Made by a program: the position numbers and the translations under genes. From the NCBI GenBank assembly GCA_013044475.1, contig JABEUM010000169.1, positions 2,116 through 66,115 on the forward strand: a stretch of 64,000 nucleotides of DNA. The letters are read 5' to 3'. Within the stretch, counting starts at the first letter, position 1; each line of letters begins with the position of its first letter. Below the pieces are notes generated by a model. It was not told the DNA's origin, searched no databases, and saw only the letters and a program-made list of their open reading frames with translations. Source of the DNA: Acidimicrobiaceae bacterium. GTDB lineage: Bacteria > Actinomycetota > Acidimicrobiia > Acidimicrobiales > Acidimicrobiaceae. Of the stretch, positions 41,977 to 52,175 are shown one piece after another.

Positions 41977-43299
41977 TTGCTTCGCTTTGGAACAGATGGA
42001 ATTCGAGGCAGGGCCAACGAGACTTTAACGGTCTCGCTGGCCCTCGCTTTGGGTGTCGGGGTGGGCGAAGTTTTAGGCGCTAGCCGGGTGATTATCGGCA
42101 GGGATACACGCGAATCTGGCCCGATGCTCGTGGCTGGTGTCGCCGCTGGACTTATGAGCATGGGGGTCGACGTAGTCGACCTCGGGGTAGCTCCAACCGG
42201 AGCTATTGCATTCGCCTCCTCTTTATACAGACTTCCGGCGGTGGTCGTATCGGCTTCGCATAACCCCTATTTTGACAATGGGTTAAAGGTATTTTCAGCT
42301 GGCGGGAGAAAGCTGTCCGATCAGGATCAGCAAGCAGTTGAGGACTCTATTGAAGCCTTTTTGCACTCGAATCGGCCACGGTCTATCGCAGCAATCGGGA
42401 CATTGGACCGCGAGGACGTCTCCTTTGACTATCGGCGGCACATTTTAAGCTCAGTCGGAGCGGGGAGAGATCGCGGAAGCTTGCGGGTGGTGCTAGATCT
42501 GGCTAACGGCGCCGCTACTTCAGTTGCTAAAGAGCTATTTGGCGAACTCGGAGTGCAGGTGGTGCGTACCCTATCCGACAATCCCTCGGGCAGAAATATC
42601 AATGAAGACTGCGGCTCGACGAGTATTGATCAGTTGCGGAGGGCGGTGGTGGATTCACGGGCAGATGTTGGCCTCGCCTTTGACGGCGATGCTGATCGAG
42701 TGATCGCGGTGAGCGAGTCCGGTGAAGTGGTGGATGGTGACCAGCTGATGGCCATGTTTGCGCCAGACCTCTACGAAAGTGGAAAGCTAAAGGGCGCTGG
42801 GATTGCGGCCACGGTGATGAGCAACCTCGGCTTACACCGGGCGATGGAGCGACTTGGAGTCTCGCTGTTCATCACCCCAGTTGGTGATCGTTTTGTCCTG
42901 GATGCGATGGAGGCCAATGGGCTGTCCTTGGGCGGAGAGCAGTCGGGCCACATTATCTTTTCTGACTATGCGACTACGGGAGACGGCCTGTTGACCGGAT
43001 CGATGCTTATTGACCTATTGGATAGGTCTAACGCGAAGCTGTCGGAGATGTCCGAAGCTGCCATGGTCAAATACCCCCAGGTGCTGATCTCGGTTACGGT
43101 CTCGGATCCCAAGCGGGCGGCGTCGTCGGATCGGGTGCGAGGGGCAATTGAAATGGCGGAAAGCTTCTTAGGCGGTAGTGGGAGGATACTACTTCGCCCT
43201 TCTGGTACCGAACCGGTCGTGAGGGTTATGGTGGAAGCGGAGACCCACTCACAGGCCCGAAGCATAGCAGAGGGCATTGTCGCATCTATCGACTGCTAA
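41977..43299 (+). CDS. glmM: Phosphoglucosamine mutase
   Basis: LRFGTDGIRG at the N-terminus, active-site Ser loop VVSASHNPYFDNGLKVF, metal loop AFDGDADRV, and GGEQSGHIIF. TTG start. Confidence 0.95.
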   Translation: MLRFGTDGIRGRANETLTVSLALALGVGVGEVLGASRVIIGRDTRESGPMLVAGVAAGLMSMGVDVVDLGVAPTGAIAFASSLYRLPAVVVSASHNPYFDNGLKVFSAGGRKLSDQDQQAVEDSIEAFLHSNRPRSIAAIGTLDREDVSFDYRRHILSSVGAGRDRGSLRVVLDLANGAATSVAKELFGELGVQVVRTLSDNPSGRNINEDCGSTSIDQLRRAVVDSRADVGLAFDGDADRVIAVSESGEVVDGDQLMAMFAPDLYESGKLKGAGIAATVMSNLGLHRAMERLGVSLFITPVGDRFVLDAMEANGLSLGGEQSGHIIFSDYATTGDGLLTGSMLIDLLDRSNAKLSEMSEAAMVKYPQVLISVTVSDPKRAASSDRVRGAIEMAESFLGGSGRILLRPSGTEPVVRVMVEAETHSQARSIAEGIVASIDC

Positions 43300-43354
43300 G
43301 TCTCTCTAGCCGGTAACAATTGGATAGGGTCGACATTCGCATAGGCTCTAGAGA

Positions 43355-45205
43355 ATGTGCGGAATAATTGGGGTTAGTGGGGTTCATGACGCCCCAGAAG
43401 TGATCGTTGAAGCGCTTAGGCGCCTTGAATACCGGGGCTATGACTCAGCCGGGATGACTATCTACCAGGATGGAAAGCTCAAGAGGGTCAGAGAGGCTAC
43501 CGGTACACATTCTGTAGAGCTGCTTTCAAAGCACATCAAAGATTTCCAGGGTTCGGACTCGATTTCTGGTTTAGGCCACAATCGCTGGGCTACCCACGGG
43601 AAACCGTCGCAGGAGAATGCGCATCCGCAGTTCGACTGTTCGGGACGGGTTGCGGTTGTTCATAACGGAATTGTGGAGAACTTCCTTGAGCTCAAGAAAG
43701 ACCTTTTAAGTCATGGCCACGTGTTTTCGTCGGAGACCGACACAGAGGTGATCGCTCATCTTTTGGAAGTGGCTTTGACCGAGACCGACAGGATAGATTT
43801 TGCGCTAGCCGAGGTCTTTTCTAAATTACGGGGAGCTATGGCAATTGTTGCGATGGAGACTTCTCGGCCGACACTTTTGGCTTGTGTCAGAAGGACGAGT
43901 CCGCTAATAATTGCGACAAACGATGGCGAGGGATTTATAGCCTCCGATATCCCGGCGATTCTGGGGAGGGCAAAACACTACTACCAGATAGATGACGGCG
44001 TCGTGGCGGGTGTAGAGCTCGGGGAGATTAGCGCCTTCCGGCTTGATCATCAGCCCGTCGAACCGAGGAAATTCGTCGTCACCTGGGATCTGAGCAGGGC
44101 GGCCCGAGATGGCTATGACGACTTCATGTCCAAAGAGATCATGGAACAGCCTCAGGCGATAAGGGATACGCTCGCAGGGAGGCTTCAGCTCTGGGATACT
44201 TCGGGCATTAATCTAGATGAACTCCGACTAGACCTCGAACAGCTTCTTGGGGTGAACAAGATATTTATGATCGGCTGTGGCACCAGTTACCATGCCTGCA
44301 TGGCGGCACGCTACGCGATCGAGAGTCTCTGTAAAATTCCCGTAGAGCTCGATGTCGCAAGTGAGTTTCGATACCGCGAGCCCAAGTTGGATCCACAGAC
44401 CCTCGTGATTGCGGTAAGCCAATCTGGCGAGACATTGGATACCATCGCCGCCCTCGCCGAAGCGTCTGACTCCGGCGCTATTAGCCTCGTAATTTCGAAT
44501 GTCGTCGATTCTTCGATGGCGAGAATGGCCGACGCGGTTATCTATACCCATGCCGGTCCAGAGGTGTGCGTAGCGTCGACCAAGACCTACCTAGCCCAGA
44601 TAGTGGCCTTGGAGCTTTTTGCGATCTATTTCGCAAGGCTGAAAGGAACTTCGACGGTCGAAGAGATCCAATCGTTAGCCTCAGCACTGGCGGACCTCCC
44701 AGACAAGGTGGAGCAACTCACCAACAGGTTTTCAGAGATGATTCAAGTCGCCTCCAAAGTGGAGGCCTTTGAGCGGTTCTACTTTATCGGTCGTAATGTC
44801 GGCTTTCCCGTTGCCTTGGAAGGTGCCCTAAAGCTCAAGGAGCTGAGCTATTTGCCTGCTGAAGGGTTTCCTGCAGGAGAGCTCAAGCACGGCCCTATAG
44901 CGATGCTAGACCCCTCTTCGGTCGTCGTGGCCATAGCCACCAGGGGTCGGTTGTGGGAGAAAGTCATGGCAAATCTCCAAGAGGTCAAGGCGAGGGGGGC
45001 CAAAGTGTTGCTAGTAGCGAACGAAGGCGACCAGCAGACCATAGCAGAGGGTGATGCCGCTTTTCTAGTACCATCGACGCATCCTCTTCTTAGCCCTGTG
45101 CTAGATACAATACCGTTGCAGGTCCTCGCCTATCACCTAGCGAGATTCAGGGGATTTGACGTAGACAGGCCGAGAAATCTTGCCAAGACCGTCACGGTCG
45201 AATGA
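43355..45205 (+). CDS. glmS: Glutamine--fructose-6-phosphate aminotransferase (isomerising)
   Basis: MCGIIGV (N-terminal nucleophile Cys), two SIS domains, and C-terminal DVDRPRNLAKTVTVE. Confidence 0.97.
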   Translation: MCGIIGVSGVHDAPEVIVEALRRLEYRGYDSAGMTIYQDGKLKRVREATGTHSVELLSKHIKDFQGSDSISGLGHNRWATHGKPSQENAHPQFDCSGRVAVVHNGIVENFLELKKDLLSHGHVFSSETDTEVIAHLLEVALTETDRIDFALAEVFSKLRGAMAIVAMETSRPTLLACVRRTSPLIIATNDGEGFIASDIPAILGRAKHYYQIDDGVVAGVELGEISAFRLDHQPVEPRKFVVTWDLSRAARDGYDDFMSKEIMEQPQAIRDTLAGRLQLWDTSGINLDELRLDLEQLLGVNKIFMIGCGTSYHACMAARYAIESLCKIPVELDVASEFRYREPKLDPQTLVIAVSQSGETLDTIAALAEASDSGAISLVISNVVDSSMARMADAVIYTHAGPEVCVASTKTYLAQIVALELFAIYFARLKGTSTVEEIQSLASALADLPDKVEQLTNRFSEMIQVASKVEAFERFYFIGRNVGFPVALEGALKLKELSYLPAEGFPAGELKHGPIAMLDPSSVVVAIATRGRLWEKVMANLQEVKARGAKVLLVANEGDQQTIAEGDAAFLVPSTHPLLSPVLDTIPLQVLAYHLARFRGFDVDRPRNLAKTVTVE

Positions 45206-45324
45206 CTCCAGGCGGAATCCTGAGTATCAGTCGAAGAGGTTAGTTCCGTGTGGGGCTCCTCTCGAATTTCGATCATCGTACAGGACGGCTAGCGTTGGCC
45301 TGTTTGGACCAAGATGGAGGAGCA

Positions 45325-46038
45325 ATGTCGAGTTTTGACGCCTTTGAAGCACTTAGCTTTGACTGCTATGGCACACTTATCGACTGGGAGACGGGAATAG
45401 TGAAGGCCATTAACGGGTGGCCCCAACTTTCGAAAGTTCCTCGAGATGGGGAGGAAATTCTCACTGCTTTTGCGGCACATGAATCAAAGATCCAGGCATC
45501 CAAGCCTCGAGCGAACTACACCGAGATCCTAAGCGAGTGCGCATTTTTGGTAGCAGACGACTTAGGGATTACCATCGGTGATGAACAAGCGGCAGAGCTT
45601 GCTAACTCGGTGGGCGACTGGCCTCCATTTTCAGACTCTGAAGAAGCCCTTCGCCTGTTGGGCGAGAAGTTCAAGCTCATTATTCTGTCGAACGTAGATC
45701 GAGTTTCATTTAGCCGGAGCAACAAACTGTTAAAAGCCAATTTCGACCTAGTAATCACCGCTGATGATGCTGGAAGCTACAAACCGGATTCAGCTAACTT
45801 TCAGCTTCTTATTGATCAGGTATCATTTTTAGGGATTGAAAAGGATCGCATACTTCACGTAGCGCAGAGCCTTTTCCACGATCACTATCCAGCGAAAAGT
45901 TTTGGTCTGAGCACCGTTTGGATAGACCGAAGAGCCCGTTTTGGCGGGTGGGGGGCTACTCCGCCTCCTCAAGGTAGCGTAGAACCCGATTGGAGATTTC
46001 AATCGATGGCCGACTTTGCCGCGGCTTGCCTATCGTAA
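45325..46038 (+). CDS. HAD-superfamily hydrolase, haloacid dehalogenase type II-like
   Basis: Motif I FDCYGTLIDWE, motif II ILSNVD, Lys motif GSYKPD, and VAQSLFHD. ATG 45325 follows GGAGG. The ORF-track start at 45250 is less likely. Confidence 0.8.
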   Translation: MSSFDAFEALSFDCYGTLIDWETGIVKAINGWPQLSKVPRDGEEILTAFAAHESKIQASKPRANYTEILSECAFLVADDLGITIGDEQAAELANSVGDWPPFSDSEEALRLLGEKFKLIILSNVDRVSFSRSNKLLKANFDLVITADDAGSYKPDSANFQLLIDQVSFLGIEKDRILHVAQSLFHDHYPAKSFGLSTVWIDRRARFGGWGATPPPQGSVEPDWRFQSMADFAAACLS

Positions 46039-46184
46039 AAGCGAAAGAACTGATGGCAGAATGACAGAAAGAACCCACGATAATTGACTTACTAACCGAT
46101 TCGAATTGTAGTGCGGTATTTATACAGTTACCTTACTTTTCGTTTTTTGGAGCTATTGCTGGCTTTGTAATGTATTTTGATTAA

Positions 46185-47108
46185 GTGATATATACCCAAG
46201 ATACCGCTAGGCGAGTGGACGCAAATTACCTCATTACCCTCGCCGTGGTAGCTGAGACAGAGAGCATTTCAGAAGCCGCTAGTCAGCTTGGTTTGTCACA
46301 ACCGGCCGTTTCTCAGCAGCTTAAGCAGCTCTCGGAAGCCTTAGGCGAAAGGCTCCATGTGCGCAGAGGGCATGGAGTCCAATTGACCACCGCTGGAATG
46401 GCCCTAGCGGAACGATCGGTCTTTCTACTTCGATCGTATAGATCAGTTTTGGACTACCTTGCGAGCCTTTCAAAAGGCCTCGGCGGGATTCTTTCTACGG
46501 CTGCCTCGAACACTGTCGCCGCATTTGTGATGCCCGCGCTGATGGTTCAGTACCGCGCGGAGAATCCAGGGGTAAAGCTCGAATTAAGGTCAGGGAATTC
46601 TGAGCAGGTCGTCGAAGACATAGCATCGTGGCATGCCGAGCTTGGGATTTTCGAATCTCCGAGGCTAGCTTTGCCAGACGGACTAGCAGAGGTTGCTATT
46701 GACGGGGATGAACTTCTGTTGGTAGCGTCCGAGGACTTTGTCTCGGTACATGGGAGGTCCTTCGCCAAAGCGGATCTTGCTGACCTCCCGATGGTCTGGA
46801 GAGAAAAGGGATCCGGAGTGAGAAACGTCGCCGAGACTGCACTTATTAAAGCCCAAATACCTTTTGAGGTTGGCTTTGAAATTGCCGGTGGGGAGGGCGT
46901 GAAGGAGGCGATATTGAGTTCGCTGGGCGCAGGTTTTCTCTCTTCAAGGGCGGTAAGGAGGGATATCGACGAGGGCCGATTAATGCTTTTGGAAGTAGAA
47001 GGGCTGCCCTCGATCACCAGGGGGTACCGAGTTGCATTCCACCCAGGAACTCTTTCGATACCGGCCCGTAATTTCTTGTGTCTTCTCGGACACAACGACG
47101 TCGAATAG
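46185..47108 (+). CDS. LysR-family transcriptional regulator
   Basis: N-terminal winged HTH LITLAVVAETESISEAASQLGLSQPAVSQQLKQLSEALGERL plus a substrate-binding domain of about 200 aa. Confidence 0.88.
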   Translation: MIYTQDTARRVDANYLITLAVVAETESISEAASQLGLSQPAVSQQLKQLSEALGERLHVRRGHGVQLTTAGMALAERSVFLLRSYRSVLDYLASLSKGLGGILSTAASNTVAAFVMPALMVQYRAENPGVKLELRSGNSEQVVEDIASWHAELGIFESPRLALPDGLAEVAIDGDELLLVASEDFVSVHGRSFAKADLADLPMVWREKGSGVRNVAETALIKAQIPFEVGFEIAGGEGVKEAILSSLGAGFLSSRAVRRDIDEGRLMLLEVEGLPSITRGYRVAFHPGTLSIPARNFLCLLGHNDVE

Positions 47109-47181
47109 ACCAAGTAGTTCCCACGGCGTCTTGGTAACTCGTAGGCGATAGTTGTCGACAAGATCCTCTATCCTCTTCAAG

Positions 47182-47580
47182 GTGGTTAGCATCCGGACTG
47201 GCATAGATATCTTGGAGGTTCACAGGATGAGGGAATCGATCCTGCGAACCCCGAACCTGAGAGAGCGACTATTTTTTGAATCCGAGATCTCCTTTGCCTA
47301 TGCCCGAGCCAATCCTTATGGAGCGCTAGCCGCACGCTTTTGTGCTAAAGAGGCGGCGATGAAGGCCCTTGGCAAGGGTATGCGCGGTGCCCGTTTTAGG
47401 GAAATAGAGGTAATTAGGCTCCCCACGGGTGAGCCGACGCTGCGCTTCTTCGGAGGTGCAAAGGAGACTTTTTTGGAGCTTGGAGTCGTTTCCCTTTCGG
47501 TCTCGATGTCCCATAGCGAGACTATTGCGAGCGCTTTATGTGCATTCGTCATCGACGAGGAAGTCACGCCAAGATCATGA
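47182..47580 (+). CDS. acpS: Holo-[acyl-carrier-protein] synthase
   Basis: GIDILEVHRM..., ARFCAKEAAMKALG, GEPTLRFFG, LSVSMSHSETIASA. GTG 47182 gives the usual short N-terminus. The ORF-track start is 47152. Confidence 0.85.
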   Translation: MVSIRTGIDILEVHRMRESILRTPNLRERLFFESEISFAYARANPYGALAARFCAKEAAMKALGKGMRGARFREIEVIRLPTGEPTLRFFGGAKETFLELGVVSLSVSMSHSETIASALCAFVIDEEVTPRS

Positions 47581-47644
47581 TCATTCGATTCCAACGTATA
47601 GCTGAAGACGGGATGGCCGGATTGGAAATAGCTGGAGGCAGAAG

Positions 47645-49108
47645 TTGATTCCGATTGTGAACTCAAATCAGGTTACGATCTTCGACAATGAATTGGTTAA
47701 GACTCATGGTGTAGACGCAGTCATCAATCGTGTCGGATTTTCGGTTGCGAGGAGAATCGAGAATAGATTCGGCGGCTCACTTTATGGTCGAAGGATTGTG
47801 GTTCTTGCCGGTCCTGGAAACAATGGGAAAGACGGGATTGCGGCCGCAAAACACCTAGTGGGACTTGGTGCGAAGGTAAGGGTTTTTGAGTTCGCTGAGT
47901 TGATCGAGAGGAATCTTGACCTTGGAGATCTCCGCGAGGTGGACCTGGTCGTAGATGCGATATTCGGATCTGGCCTCTCCCGGGATTTTGATCCTCCCCG
48001 ACTGCCTACGGGAGTTCCGGTATTGGCGATAGACATTCTTTCCGGGTTGGACTCGGACTCCGGCTTGAGAAGGGGCGGATCACTTGTCGCCCTTGAAACG
48101 GTTGTGATAGGGGCCCTCAAGTCAGGACATCTCCAGAACGACGGGATGCGAATATCGGGTGAAATTTCGCTGGTGCTCAGGGACCTCTACGGTGGTTCGA
48201 AAGAGTTCTTTAAGAGCCAGAATGAACCAGAATGTCACCTCTTTGAGGAGGCCGACTTGAAGGGTCTAATTCCAGTCGCCGGCCACGAGGGGCACAAGTG
48301 GAAGAGGGCGGTAATGGTCGTAGCCGGTTCGGATTCGATGGCCGGATCTGCAACTATGGTGGCATCTGGGGCTTTTGCGGCTGGCTGCGGAATGGTCGTA
48401 CTACATACCGAGGCAAAGAGCCTGCAGCAGCTTCCCTCACAATATGTCGTCCGGTCGATAGAGAGGATGTGGGCGCCACCGCTACTTGACCAGCTCCCCC
48501 GCTTTGGAGCCGCGGTAATCGGACCGGGCCTCGGAGATTCGCTGCAGATTTCAAACATGGTCAGGAGGTTTGTCGCTGGAGCAGATCGTCCAGTGGTGAT
48601 CGATGCAGACGGGATTAAGGCCTTCACCTCGGCAAGCCAGCTAAAAGCCTCAGTCGAGGCGAATAGGAGACCGGTCGTTATTACTCCGCATGTTGGAGAG
48701 TTCAATTACATCGGCAAACACGATGGCTTCAAAGTCGCCGAAGACAGCGATCTTGTAGCTGCGGTTAGGACTATGGCGAGAGCCACGTCGGCAACGGTGA
48801 TGCTCAAGGGTTCGCCGACGATTGTCGCCGACCCTGCTGGGCGAGTCGTCGTCGTGACAGAGGGAAATTCGCTGCTAGCTTTCGCAGGATCCGGAGACGT
48901 GCTTTCGGGGATTGTGGGTAGCTTTTTGTCGATGGGATTAGATCCGGTGGACGCGGCAGCCGCCGCGGCCTTTGTCCACGCTAGGGCAGCACGCCTTTCC
49001 GGCGGCTTTTCCACCTCGCCTGACGGATTGATCCGGGAGGTTCCAAGGGCGATCGAGGGACTCAGTCAAAAGTGGCATCTCGACCAGTCGGCCTATCGAA
49101 TCATATGA
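47645..49108 (+). CDS. nnr: Bifunctional NAD(P)H-hydrate repair enzyme (epimerase + ADP-dependent dehydratase)
   Basis: YjeF-N motif VVLAGPGNNGKDGIAAAKHL. C-terminal carbohydrate-kinase-like GPGLG and GSGDVLSGIVG. Confidence 0.9.
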   Translation: MIPIVNSNQVTIFDNELVKTHGVDAVINRVGFSVARRIENRFGGSLYGRRIVVLAGPGNNGKDGIAAAKHLVGLGAKVRVFEFAELIERNLDLGDLREVDLVVDAIFGSGLSRDFDPPRLPTGVPVLAIDILSGLDSDSGLRRGGSLVALETVVIGALKSGHLQNDGMRISGEISLVLRDLYGGSKEFFKSQNEPECHLFEEADLKGLIPVAGHEGHKWKRAVMVVAGSDSMAGSATMVASGAFAAGCGMVVLHTEAKSLQQLPSQYVVRSIERMWAPPLLDQLPRFGAAVIGPGLGDSLQISNMVRRFVAGADRPVVIDADGIKAFTSASQLKASVEANRRPVVITPHVGEFNYIGKHDGFKVAEDSDLVAAVRTMARATSATVMLKGSPTIVADPAGRVVVVTEGNSLLAFAGSGDVLSGIVGSFLSMGLDPVDAAAAAAFVHARAARLSGGFSTSPDGLIREVPRAIEGLSQKWHLDQSAYRII

Positions 49109-49193
49109 AGCTCTTCTTTGTGGAACGGTCTCATCTGTCGCTAGCCTGTTGGTTTGAAGGTGCTGAGGTAAAGCAGATATAGATGGAGGCGAC

Positions 49194-50363
49194 GTGGAGG
49201 CTCTGAGTCGGTCGGCGTGGGCTGAGGTGGACTTGGATGCGCTCTATCACAACGCAAGGTCGGTAGTCCGGATCGTAGCCCCGAGTGAATTTTGTGCGGT
49301 TGTGAAGGCTAATTCATACGGTCACGAGGCCACAGAAGTTGCTAAGACCGCGATTTTGGCCGGAGCGAGTTGGCTAGCGGTTGCGACAATCGAAGAGGGT
49401 CTCTCCCTGAGAGACGGTGGGATTAAAGCTCCGATACTACTGCTCGTAGAGCCGGACCGACAGTATATTGAAGCCGCACTTAGATCGGGACTAACCGTCT
49501 CAGTGGACCACCCAGAATTAGCGTGGGAGATAGCGGCGGCTAGGGACCGCATTTGGGGAGACGAATCTACGGATATATCGATCCATATTCATCTCGATAC
49601 CGGGATGGCAAGAGCGGGATCCTCCCTCGAAGAGGCGGTCGAGATTGCGAAGATAGCCCGCTTTTCCAAGGTAACGGTTGGCGGGCTGTGGAGCCATCTA
49701 GCGATAGCAGACGATGCAAGGGGTAGGAGTTTTACACTTGAACAACTAAAACGTTTTGAGGCGGCGAGGCTAGCACTTGCCGCAGTGGGGTGCCACCCAA
49801 AGCTTTCCCATATTGCAAATTCCGCTGGGGCGATCTCCTACCCGTCTTCAAGGTATGACATGGTTCGAGTCGGCATAGAGCTTTACGGATACCCCCCATC
49901 TGCGCAGGTTCCAATGCCGAGTCTGCGACCCGTTATGTCCCTCAAAGCCCGCGTCGTTCACCTCAGACGGATATCTATCGGTGAAGCGGTTTCTTATGGA
50001 CTAAAGAGACCGGTAATCGTAGACTCGACTATTGCTACCGTTCCAATAGGTTACGCCGACGGGGTCCCCAGGGCACTTTTTGATGCGCAAGGTGAGGTGC
50101 TAATTAGGGGCAGGCGTTATCCGCTGGCTGGGGTGATAACAATGGACCAACTTATGGTCGATCTCGGAGAAGAGTCTGACGTGGCCCTCGGCGATGAGGT
50201 GGTTCTGCTGGGTCGGCAAGGCCGGGAATCTATTGGCGCAGATGAGTGGGCGGATAAACTCTCAACTATCTCCTATGAGGTGATCGCAAGGATCGGTAAC
50301 AGGGTACCTCGAGTGTTGGTCGGCAATCCACAGGCACTCAGCGAAAATGAGGTCGCGCGCTGA
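49194..50363 (+). CDS. alr: Alanine racemase
   Basis: PLP-lysine motif AVVKANSYGHEA, LWSHLAIADD, and PIGYADGVPR. Confidence 0.95.
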   Translation: MEALSRSAWAEVDLDALYHNARSVVRIVAPSEFCAVVKANSYGHEATEVAKTAILAGASWLAVATIEEGLSLRDGGIKAPILLLVEPDRQYIEAALRSGLTVSVDHPELAWEIAAARDRIWGDESTDISIHIHLDTGMARAGSSLEEAVEIAKIARFSKVTVGGLWSHLAIADDARGRSFTLEQLKRFEAARLALAAVGCHPKLSHIANSAGAISYPSSRYDMVRVGIELYGYPPSAQVPMPSLRPVMSLKARVVHLRRISIGEAVSYGLKRPVIVDSTIATVPIGYADGVPRALFDAQGEVLIRGRRYPLAGVITMDQLMVDLGEESDVALGDEVVLLGRQGRESIGADEWADKLSTISYEVIARIGNRVPRVLVGNPQALSENEVAR

Positions 50364-50917
50364 TGTCTGACCTTGACTCGCTAGCGATCGAGGCGGCGGC
50401 TTGCAGGGCTTGTGAGCTTTGCAATACCCGCAAGAACGTCGTATTCGGAGAAGGAAATCAGAATGCGACGATGATGTTCGTGGGCGAAGGACCAGGACGA
50501 GACGAGGACTTAGTGGGACGTCCCTTCGTCGGGCGAAGCGGAAAGCTGTTAGAAAAGCTGATAGAGCAGGAAACAGGGTGGGACAGGGGAGAAGTTTATA
50601 TAGCCAATACGGTCAAGTGCCGACCTCCGAACAACCGTAACCCCCTTCCTGAGGAGATAGCCAGCTGTGAAGGATTTTTGAGGTCTCAAGTAGCTATTGT
50701 GAATCCGACAGTGATCGTAACCTTAGGCGCAGTGGCATCGCGGGCACTTCTGGGGGTAAATGAAGGCATCGGTTCACTCCGAACCCAGGTGTTTGATTTT
50801 CACGGTTGCGTTTTGATTCCGACCTATCATCCTGCGGCAGCTCTGCGAGGTGGTACTGGAGTGCTGGCGGCAATGAGGTCGGATCTTGCAAAGGCCCGGC
50901 TTTTGGCGGACGAGTAG
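50363..50917 (+). CDS. Uracil-DNA glycosylase, family 4 (Fe-S type)
   Basis: CRACELC...[38 protein letters not shown]...[12 protein letters not shown] overlaps the alr stop (TGATG). Confidence 0.9.
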   Translation: MSDLDSLAIEAAACRACELCNTRKNVVFGEGNQNATMMFVGEGPGRDEDLVGRPFVGRSGKLLEKLIEQETGWDRGEVYIANTVKCRPPNNRNPLPEEIASCEGFLRSQVAIVNPTVIVTLGAVASRALLGVNEGIGSLRTQVFDFHGCVLIPTYHPAAALRGGTGVLAAMRSDLAKARLLADE

Positions 50918-50919
50918 CC

Positions 50920-51396
50920 ATGAAAAAGTTTGAGCTTCGCTCTGGGTCAATTGAACAGACCCAGGCAATAGGGGAGAAGCTGGCGTTGGCGGTGATCCCG
51001 GGAGATGTGATCGATCTTCGTGGTCCTCTGGGAGCGGGGAAGACCGCCTTTACACAGGGTTTTGCCCGCGGATTGGGCGTCAAGGGATCCGTCACCAGCC
51101 CAACTTTTCTGATGGTCAAAAGCTATTCGGGGCGCCTTGATCTACTCCACTGCGACCTTTATCGCACGAGCAGTTCAGTAGAGGTTGAAATGCTCGGCAT
51201 AGACGAGGAACTCGACGCAGGGGCGGTCGCGGTCGTCGAATGGGGAGAGAGGGCCGAGGGCGAACTCGACGCCGTCGTCGTGGTCGATTTTAGCGTGCCT
51301 AAACAGGATCCAGGATCCAGGGTCTTGGAATTTACCCTCAGAAATGGCTCACAAGATAGATTCGAATCTATGTGGAGCCACTTGGAGGTCCAATGA
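50920..51396 (+). CDS. tsaE: tRNA t6A37 biosynthesis ATPase TsaE
   Basis: [23 protein letters not shown]...[10 protein letters not shown]...HCDLYR. ATG 50920 lies just after the UDG stop. The ORF-track start at 50806 overlaps the UDG gene. Confidence 0.9.
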   Translation: MKKFELRSGSIEQTQAIGEKLALAVIPGDVIDLRGPLGAGKTAFTQGFARGLGVKGSVTSPTFLMVKSYSGRLDLLHCDLYRTSSSVEVEMLGIDEELDAGAVAVVEWGERAEGELDAVVVVDFSVPKQDPGSRVLEFTLRNGSQDRFESMWSHLEVQ

Positions 51397-52175
51397 CCGA
51401 AGAGTACGGTCGGGATAGCGCAATTGGAGCGATGAAAGCCCCGGGATGCCAACTCCTCGTTGATAGCTCAGGTGAGCAGTTGCTCCTTGGTCTGGTCGCC
51501 CAGGGAATGTTGGTCGTTGCTGAGCCACATGAAAGCTTGCGCCAAATTGAGGCCATTAGCCTAGAGGTGCAGAACCTAGTTGACCGGGTGAACCTTGAAG
51601 TCTCGTCAATATCTTCAGTCGGAGTAGTGGTCGGGCCCGGCTCAATGGCTGGCTTGAGGGTCGGGGTGACCTTTGCAAAGACTCTCTCATACGCTTTAGG
51701 CTGCGGAATTGTTTCTCTTTTTTCTCATGAAGTAATCGCGAACATCTACGCTAAAACTTTAGATCCGGTTGTTGTCCTCAGAAGGGTAAGGAAGCAAGAG
51801 GCCTTTGGAGCTATCTGTGCGAGGGGTCCTTTGGGTTTGACCACGCTATCGGGGCCGGTTGTGCTGGGCCCTAACCAACTGACGACTTGGCTTGATCACT
51901 CGAACCTGACGGGAACGTCCTATCTGGTCGTTTCGGATCGAGCTCCAAGCCAAGTCCTTGCTGAAGATTATGGCGGAGTGGTTGTCAATTTTCATCTTCC
52001 TACCATGCGTCGGGAGACCTGTCAGTCGATGTGGCAGCTTATGGACGCTGGCCCAGAGGGGGCAAAATTTAAAAGCCACGCTGAGGTGGCGATCTCCTAT
52101 GTGCGGGGTGCCGATACCAGGGTGAGCTACCAAAGGTTAAATTCCACTGGCGATTTGGAATGGGTGAAGGATTGA
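51393..52175 (+). CDS. tsaB: tRNA t6A37 biosynthesis protein TsaB (YeaZ)
   Basis: LLVDSSGEQLLLGLV...VGVVVGPGSMAGLRVGVTFAKTLSYALG. ATG 51393 forms an ATGA overlap with the tsaE stop and follows GGAGG. Confidence 0.85.
   Translation: MTEEYGRDSAIGAMKAPGCQLLVDSSGEQLLLGLVAQGMLVVAEPHESLRQIEAISLEVQNLVDRVNLEVSSISSVGVVVGPGSMAGLRVGVTFAKTLSYALGCGIVSLFSHEVIANIYAKTLDPVVVLRRVRKQEAFGAICARGPLGLTTLSGPVVLGPNQLTTWLDHSNLTGTSYLVVSDRAPSQVLAEDYGGVVVNFHLPTMRRETCQSMWQLMDAGPEGAKFKSHAEVAISYVRGADTRVSYQRLNSTGDLEWVKD

Noticed and set aside
43300-43354. glmS ribozyme upstream of glmS
   Set aside because: Only 55 nt separate glmM and glmS. That is too short for the ribozyme of about 170 nt, and no core motifs are seen.
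46547-47161. 204-aa minus-strand ORF overlapping the LysR gene
   Set aside because: The plus-strand frame has a clear LysR HTH and effector domain. The antisense translation is Ser/Pro-rich with no recognisable domain.
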